A stretch of 64,000 nucleotides of DNA, taken from contig JBFMAF010000034.1 of NCBI GenBank assembly GCA_040755995.1, positions 74,968-138,967 of the forward strand, given 5' to 3'. This document shows, piece by piece, positions 58,463 to 64,000 of the stretch. The number at the start of each line of letters is the position of its first letter. The first letter of the stretch is position 1. This DNA comes from Acidobacteriota bacterium (GTDB lineage Bacteria > Acidobacteriota > CAIWXX01). Both the position numbers and the translations under genes were made by a program. The notes under the pieces were generated by a model. The model searched no databases, was not told the DNA's origin, and saw only the letters and a program-made list of their open reading frames with translations.

Positions 58463-59704
58463 CTAGCTGAACCAGACCGACTTGCGCCGCTGCAGCCTCG
58501 CGTTGAGCATCCGTTGGATGACGGCTCGCACCTCCTGCGCCATGCGGTTCACCCGGATTGGATTGTCGAGCTGCTCCTTTGCGTCTTTCCCGAAGTCGAT
58601 CGGCTCACCGAAGTCGATGTACCACTTGGTCGGGAGCGGGATCACGCCGAGCAATCCCAGGTGCGGGAAGAACGGCGTGATCGGGAAGTAAGGGAGGCCG
58701 ATCGGCTTGCCGATCCAGTTGGCCTTCGCGAGCACGGGATAGATCTCCTCGGCGCCTGTCACGGCGCACGGGATAACGGGGCTGCCGGTGCGGACGGCGA
58801 GGCGAATGAAGCCGCCGCGGCCGAAGCGGGCGAGCCTGTAGCGGTCCCGGAAATACTTGCCGACACCCTTCACGCCCTCGGGGAAGACGCCCACCAGCTC
58901 GTCGCGGTTCAGCAGCATCTCGCCGTTCTCCTGGCAAGCGCGGACCATGCCGCCGCGGACGAGCAGAGGCGCGAGCACCGGGAGGAGCGCAAACATGTCG
59001 AGCGCGAGGAACCGGGCCATTCTGTGGGAAGGGTGCTCCCTCTCGATCCCCAGTCGCATCATGATACCGTCCCATGGGAGCACGCCCGAATGGTTCACCA
59101 CCAGCAGCGCTCGACCCTTCAGCGGTATGTGCTCGAGTCCCGACAGATCAACCCGCCACCACTTTTCGTACAAGAACTCGAAGAGCGGCATGATCGATTC
59201 CGTGAACTTACGGTCGTAGCCGAAGTCATCGACCTCGAGCGACCGGTTCCTCATGCGAAACTCCAGGTACTTGCGCTTGATGCGGTCCGGGTCGAGAAGG
59301 CGGGCCAGAAAGGAGGGCTGCGGGGCGGGCGTCTCGGCTGCCGCCTCTTGTTTGCCAGCCGCGGGCTCCGCCTGTTGCTCGCGGTCGAGGAACGTGACCG
59401 CGACCGTCTTCCCTTCCGCAGCCGGTTTCTTCTTGGCCGCGGGCCCCCGCGTCTTGCGCGCCTCGCGGGCAGGCTTGGGCGGCCTGCTCCGCGGCGCCTT
59501 CGGTCGGGCCGCACTCCGGGGGCGCCTCCGCACCGCCGGGAGAGGCTCCACCGGGCGCAGCTCGGTCCGCGCGGCTTCAGCCTCTATCTCCGGCTCTGCC
59601 TGGGGTGCGGGCGCCGGCTCGGGGGAGAACCTTACTACATTAGTGGTAGATTCTGCCGGTCCCCCGGCGAGGTCCTGATCTTCCGCCAACCTGTTTTCCA
59701 TCAT
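58463..59704 (-). CDS. Lysophospholipid (PlsC-like) acyltransferase with low-complexity N-terminal extension
   Basis: VNHSGVLPWD (HxxxxD-like), VFPEG, GRGGF, VDDFGYD. Confidence 0.88.
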   Translation of the reverse strand: MMENRLAEDQDLAGGPAESTTNVVRFSPEPAPAPQAEPEIEAEAARTELRPVEPLPAVRRRPRSAARPKAPRSRPPKPAREARKTRGPAAKKKPAAEGKTVAVTFLDREQQAEPAAGKQEAAAETPAPQPSFLARLLDPDRIKRKYLEFRMRNRSLEVDDFGYDRKFTESIMPLFEFLYEKWWRVDLSGLEHIPLKGRALLVVNHSGVLPWDGIMMRLGIEREHPSHRMARFLALDMFALLPVLAPLLVRGGMVRACQENGEMLLNRDELVGVFPEGVKGVGKYFRDRYRLARFGRGGFIRLAVRTGSPVIPCAVTGAEEIYPVLAKANWIGKPIGLPYFPITPFFPHLGLLGVIPLPTKWYIDFGEPIDFGKDAKEQLDNPIRVNRMAQEVRAVIQRMLNARLQRRKSVWFS

Positions 59705-59766
59705 GGGGCTCTCCGTTTGCGAATTTTCCTGGATTTACCTGTCTGCGCGGCGGGACACCCGGAGCG

Positions 59767-60723
59767 TCATGCCGCCTTCCTCCGCTTGGCCAGGTGTTCC
59801 ATGAGCGCGCCCTGTGTAGTGAAGCGCGGGCGAAACTTGAGCTCGCTGGCGGCCCTCTGCGTGTCGACGATGCACGGGTAGCGCAGGTAGTCGAGGTGTG
59901 GCGACGGAGTATCCGTGAGGCGCAGTATCCAGAGGGCGTGGAAGAGCTGGTAGGCGAGCGGATGGGCAATGGGGACACCCACGACCCCCGCGTGGTACAG
60001 CGCAGTGCTGAGGGGCATGACGCCGCTGCCGCCGATGTTGAAGATTCCCGATGCCTTGTAGTCGATGGCGCGCATCACCGCATCCGCCACGTCGTCCTGG
60101 TAGCAGAACTGCAGCAAGGGATCGTACCCGAAGAGGGTTGTGGTCGTGTAGGATGCCAGCATGCGCGTGTACAGATTGTCGCACAAGGGACCGAGCATGG
60201 GCGCGTATCGGAGCAGCACGATCGTCATGTCCTTGTGCTTCGACATGAACGCCACGATGCTCTGGTCCGCCTCCGCCCTGTCCTGCAGCCATTCGTAGTC
60301 CCGGTTGGGATGGAGCGGTGCGGTCTCGGTGATATAGCACGGGTTACGGCCGTCGGCGCCGTAGAGGGCCGCCGGGCTGACCGAGACGATGTGCCTGACG
60401 CCGGCGCTGCGGGCGGCGTGGAGCATGTTGAGGGTGCCGATGGCCTGCAGTTCGTGGGAGTAGCCGGTGTCGAATATGGGCCTGGGCAGGTAGGCCAGGT
60501 GCACGACGGTGTCGCAGGCTTCCTTCAGGAAAACGCGCTCGAGCTCGACGTCCGTATTCGGTTCGACAAGGTCGACCGGGTAGAACCTCGGCTTCTGCGT
60601 GGGCCGTTCGATGTCGATCGCCACGATCAGATCGTCGCGCCCGACGAGGCGATCCATCAGGAGGCGGCCGATGACCCCTCGCGTTCCGGTGACGGCGATT
60701 ACTCTCTGACTCTTGCGAGCCAC
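59767..60723 (-). CDS. NAD-dependent epimerase/dehydratase family protein
   Basis: IAVTGTRGVIG, DTVVHLA, GYDPLLQF..DDVA. Confidence 0.82.
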   Translation of the reverse strand: MARKSQRVIAVTGTRGVIGRLLMDRLVGRDDLIVAIDIERPTQKPRFYPVDLVEPNTDVELERVFLKEACDTVVHLAYLPRPIFDTGYSHELQAIGTLNMLHAARSAGVRHIVSVSPAALYGADGRNPCYITETAPLHPNRDYEWLQDRAEADQSIVAFMSKHKDMTIVLLRYAPMLGPLCDNLYTRMLASYTTTTLFGYDPLLQFCYQDDVADAVMRAIDYKASGIFNIGGSGVMPLSTALYHAGVVGVPIAHPLAYQLFHALWILRLTDTPSPHLDYLRYPCIVDTQRAASELKFRPRFTTQGALMEHLAKRRKAA

Positions 60724-60727
60724 AGCC

Positions 60728-61036
60728 TTACTCCGTCTGCTTGGCTCTGCGCCTCGACTTCGTCGCCGCCAGCAGTTCGTCCAGCTTGGACTCGATAGCA
60801 TCGAGTCGCTTCTCGATAGCATCGAGCCGCTTGTTGATGTGATGGATGTCCTTTGTGGACGGCAGGTTCATCGCGCCCATGGCGGTGGTGGCTGTCTTGT
60901 CGAGCTTCTTCTTGGCCTTGAGCGCCTTCTCGAAGGCCTTGATGAAGAGCGGGTTGGAGATCACCTCGTTGCTGATCTGCGTGAAGACCTCCTCACCTTT
61001 TCCCTTCAGTTTGTCGAATACGCCTTTCTCCTCCAT
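60728..61036 (-). CDS. Small coiled-coil phasin/PhaE-like protein
   Basis: MNLPSTKDIHHINKRLDAIEKRLDAIE. Confidence 0.6.
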   Translation of the reverse strand: MEEKGVFDKLKGKGEEVFTQISNEVISNPLFIKAFEKALKAKKKLDKTATTAMGAMNLPSTKDIHHINKRLDAIEKRLDAIESKLDELLAATKSRRRAKQTE

Positions 61037-61194
61037 GCGATCCTCCTTGAGTTTTCTCGGTCATCATTCTATCCTAGGCAGGCCATGGTTGGAAACTTCC
61101 TCAAGGCGAGACGATCGGAAGGCGCCGAAGTCCGCGTCAGCGACGACGGCGTGGACGGTGGCGCCGATTTTCTTTTTGGAAAGGAACTGCACTG

Positions 61195-61635
61195 ATGGCC
61201 AGGTTCAAGGACAAGACGGAATTCAAGAAGGTTTTCGACAAGCTGTTCCATCTCATGTCTACGGATTCAGAGGTCGGCCCGAAGCTCCGGGGCGCCAAGT
61301 CGCCGCAGCGATTCGAGTTCACGGACGTCGGGATGGTCCTGAATGTTCGAGACGCCGACGAGAAGAGCGCGGGGCGCGGGCAGCACCTCATCTGGGTGTG
61401 GGGCAACGAGAAGTGCGACTGGGAACCGCTCGTGACGCTGCAGATGACGGCCGACGTCGCCAATCGCTACTTCCAGGGGAGGCAGAACATCGCCGTGAGC
61501 GTGGCCACAGAGCAGATCATCATCAAGAGCGGCGACATGGCCAAGACGCTCGCCCTGATCCCGCTCACTGCTCCGATCTACAAGAAGTACCAGAAGATGC
61601 TCAAGGACGACGGCCTCGATCACCTGCTGGCATAG
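61195..61635 (+). CDS. SCP2 sterol-binding-like domain protein
   Basis: RFEFTD..LN, VTLQMTADVANRYFQG..N..VA...I...G. Confidence 0.65.
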   Translation: MARFKDKTEFKKVFDKLFHLMSTDSEVGPKLRGAKSPQRFEFTDVGMVLNVRDADEKSAGRGQHLIWVWGNEKCDWEPLVTLQMTADVANRYFQGRQNIAVSVATEQIIIKSGDMAKTLALIPLTAPIYKKYQKMLKDDGLDHLLA

Positions 61636-61651
61636 CGTCTCAGGCACAGCC

Positions 61652-61784
61652 GGTCTCCGCGTCTCCGTGTCTTCATTCCGCGCCTCCGTCTCTGCGCGTC
61701 TCCGTGTTTCGGTATCTCCGCGTTCCGCATCCGCCCACCGTTCCTCCCGGGAGCCGCCTGTTCCGCATTCCGTATTCCGCATTC
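61652..61784. repeat. Low-complexity intergenic short repeats between convergent genes
   Basis: Recurring CCG(C/T)GTCT octamers and TTCCG(C/T)A heptamers; similar octamers at ~63920-63950. Confidence 0.55.
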
Positions 61785-63171
61785 ACAAAGGGTCCCTCCT
61801 GCCGTACAGCACCATTCTGTATGCACCGCCTCTGAAGACGCACACTACCCTGTACTGAGTCCGGAACCACGGATCGCGATCGAGCGAGGCGGCGAGATCC
61901 GAAGCGAGCAGCGCGTAGTCGCTGCGCACCTGCCTCAGCGCTCCAAGGAAGTCCTCCTTCGCGCGGAAGGCGGTGAGGCCCGGGGTGACCAAGCCGGCGA
62001 AGTCGTGGATGTGGAGCTGCGAGTAGTAGCCCAGGTAGCCGATGTCCTTGAGGAACAGCGTCGAGCCCGCCGGAGCGATTTCGCGGACTGCTATCCCCGT
62101 GGACCGCAGGTAAGTTCCCAAAGCGACCTGATCGCGCAGCTTCTCTCGCAGAGTCACGACGAGGTTCAGAGCGAGTAGCACCGCCATAGCCGCAGTGACA
62201 GGGCGTCTCCAGCGGCCCGGCCGAAGGCGATCGCACGCAAGGTCCAACCCGGCGCCTGCTGCGACTGCGTATCCGACGTAGGCGGGCGGATAGTACCATG
62301 GATGGAGTTGAGAGAGACTCAGAGTGTAGGCTGCCATGTATGCGATCGCGTAAACGGTCCAGGCCGACCAACGGGCGCGTTCGTCGAACAGGACGGCGTA
62401 GACGGCGGAGAGAAGCATGACTATGCCGAGCGCATCGCCGGCGTGAAGGAACCCCATGGCCAGGACATAGAGCGCGGCATCCGCGATGCCGGTCTTCGGA
62501 AGCGCCGCCTTGGCCAGCACGGAATTGGGGACGGGGTGGCCGAAGTAGAGTGTGGCGAACACCAGCCAGGGACCGGCCGCGGCGAGGAAGACGGCAAGCG
62601 GTTTCCACGGCACGCGTCTCCTGGCGACGGCGAAATGGACAAGCAGGACGACGATGAGGATGGCGGCGTCCACACGCAGCAGGAAGGCCACGGCGCATGC
62701 GATCGCGCTCGCGTTGTATTTGCTACGCTCGTAGTAGAAAAGCGCCAGGGCGGTCGCGCAGCAGAACAGCCCCGTCTCCATTCCGGACGCAGACCAGAAC
62801 GCGTTGATCGGGCTCAACGCGTAAAGCACGGGGCCGAACCGCCAGCCCGTCGCCGCCGGCGCCGCGCCGGCCCCGGCGCACCGCCGGGCCAGAATCGGAG
62901 CGACAAGGCTGTCGGCGATGACGTTGAGCCACGGACCGGCCGAAAGCGGACTGAGGCCGAGGAGGGCGAGGAGCGAGAGGAGCAGTGTGTAGAGCGGTGT
63001 CGTCACGCCAAGCACACGCTCGCCCGGGTTGTAGACGAACCCCGCCCCCCCGACGATGCTCTCGACGTATCTGTACGTAATGAAAGCATCGTCGGTCGTG
63101 GCGGCCATGAAGGGCATGCGCACACCGCATGAAACAACGAAGAGCAGCGCTGCAGGGACAAGAGCTCTCAT
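61783..63171 (-). CDS. Multi-TM GT-C-like glycosyltransferase (AftB/PMT-like)
   Basis: DDAFITYRY, YNPGERVLGVTTPLY, SGMET, DIGYLGYYS..DFAGLV. Confidence 0.75.
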   Translation of the reverse strand: MRALVPAALLFVVSCGVRMPFMAATTDDAFITYRYVESIVGGAGFVYNPGERVLGVTTPLYTLLLSLLALLGLSPLSAGPWLNVIADSLVAPILARRCAGAGAAPAATGWRFGPVLYALSPINAFWSASGMETGLFCCATALALFYYERSKYNASAIACAVAFLLRVDAAILIVVLLVHFAVARRRVPWKPLAVFLAAAGPWLVFATLYFGHPVPNSVLAKAALPKTGIADAALYVLAMGFLHAGDALGIVMLLSAVYAVLFDERARWSAWTVYAIAYMAAYTLSLSQLHPWYYPPAYVGYAVAAGAGLDLACDRLRPGRWRRPVTAAMAVLLALNLVVTLREKLRDQVALGTYLRSTGIAVREIAPAGSTLFLKDIGYLGYYSQLHIHDFAGLVTPGLTAFRAKEDFLGALRQVRSDYALLASDLAASLDRDPWFRTQYRVVCVFRGGAYRMVLYGRRDPL

Positions 63172-63308
63172 GCTTGATCGAACTCGCGAATGGCCAATCA
63201 CCGTCCTGGCTAACAGGTCGCTATCTTACTGCATTCACACGTTGAGCTCACATCATTCACCGCTGCGACTCCGCGTGATTGTAACTACAAATGGAGTTAT
63301 AATGCATC

Positions 63309-63608
63309 ATGAGGTTCGAATGGGATCAGGCGAAGAACGAACAGAACATCGAGAAGCATGGGCTGGACTTTGCGGATGCGCCGGAGGCTTTTCGCGGCCC
63401 GCTGCTTGTGGGGCTCGATACGCGGGAAGACTACGGGGAGGACAGATGGATTGGAATCGGTACGCTGCAGAGGCGGCCAATAGTCGTCGTCCTCGTGTTC
63501 ACCGAGAGGGCTCCCGATATCATCAGAGTCATACCGCTCAGGAAGGCGACGAGAGATGAGAAAGAAAGGTACGAGGAAGCCGTCAAGAACGGATTGGAAA
63601 CGGGTTGA
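63309..63608 (+). CDS. brnT: BrnT-family toxin
   Basis: MRFEWDQAKNEQNIEKHGLDF, DYGEDRW, IRVIPLRKA. Confidence 0.93.
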   Translation: MRFEWDQAKNEQNIEKHGLDFADAPEAFRGPLLVGLDTREDYGEDRWIGIGTLQRRPIVVVLVFTERAPDIIRVIPLRKATRDEKERYEEAVKNGLETG

Positions 63609-63861
63609 GTCAATGACCGACCAGGACATCGACCGTTCCGAAATCCCGGAGCTGGGCGATGATTTCTTCGCCAGGGCAGTTCTCTGGCCTGGGCCCAAGA
63701 AACAGATTACGCTGCGGCTCGACCCCGATGTCTTGGATTTCTTCCGGCACCAGGGACGTGGATACCAGCGCAACATCAACCTGGTTCTCCGGACGTACAT
63801 GGAAGCCCGGCGCGCGCGACCTGACGGCCTGAAGCTCGGCGACGCGGCTACCAGGCGGTGA
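63556..63861 (+). CDS. brnA: BrnA-family antitoxin
   Basis: TDWKRV..D.DID.SEIPE, ITLRLDPDVLDFFRHQGRGYQRNIN. Confidence 0.92.
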   Translation: MRKKGTRKPSRTDWKRVESMTDQDIDRSEIPELGDDFFARAVLWPGPKKQITLRLDPDVLDFFRHQGRGYQRNINLVLRTYMEARRARPDGLKLGDAATRR

Positions 63862-64000
63862 TCGCCAAGTGAAGGAACTTTGGCGACGGGACAGTTCCGA
63901 TGCCCGGCGGGTCGAGCCTCCGCGTCTCGGTGTCACCGCGTCCCCGTGTCGGCCCCTTGCAGAGTCACTCCTTCCGGCGGGGGCGGCGTGCCGGCCCGGA

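Noticed and set aside
1..64000. CRISPR array, rRNA or tRNA
   Set aside because: No regularly spaced repeat-spacer series or recognisable structural RNA seen by eye

Overview
High-GC bacterial window. The gene content (sat preceded by a qmoC remnant, DUF362/DUF6599 proteins, sigma54 two-component systems) suggests an anaerobic Acidobacteriota/Desulfobacterota-like organism; this is inference only. The first ~21 kb is an accessory, defence-like island. It holds a nurA-herA-C5 methyltransferase operon next to vsr, IS21 remnants and a two-gene IS4-superfamily element carrying DUF6788. An intact sat gene is followed by two more 5'-truncated sat copies, each with the same terminator and each followed by different cargo. 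That cargo includes a decayed integron (intI tail, attI, attC sites, cassettes) and four toxin-antitoxin modules; a fifth (second BrnTA) lies at the far end of the window. At 21-34 kb is a glycan-type cluster headed by four tandem MiaB-like radical SAM paralogues that keep the auxiliary-cluster cysteines but lack TRAM, followed by pyruvyltransferase-like, GT2, GT4, epimerase and cyclodeaminase genes, with a divergent ABC flippase-like exporter. This is the best candidate for an undescribed system. The remainder is mostly ordinary: secreted beta-propeller proteins, two sigma54 two-component systems, a Met/Cys PLP enzyme with Lrp, BCP, a lipid-related cluster and a GT-C membrane protein. No rRNA, tRNA or CRISPR array was seen. 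All family calls come from motif recognition by eye, not database searches.
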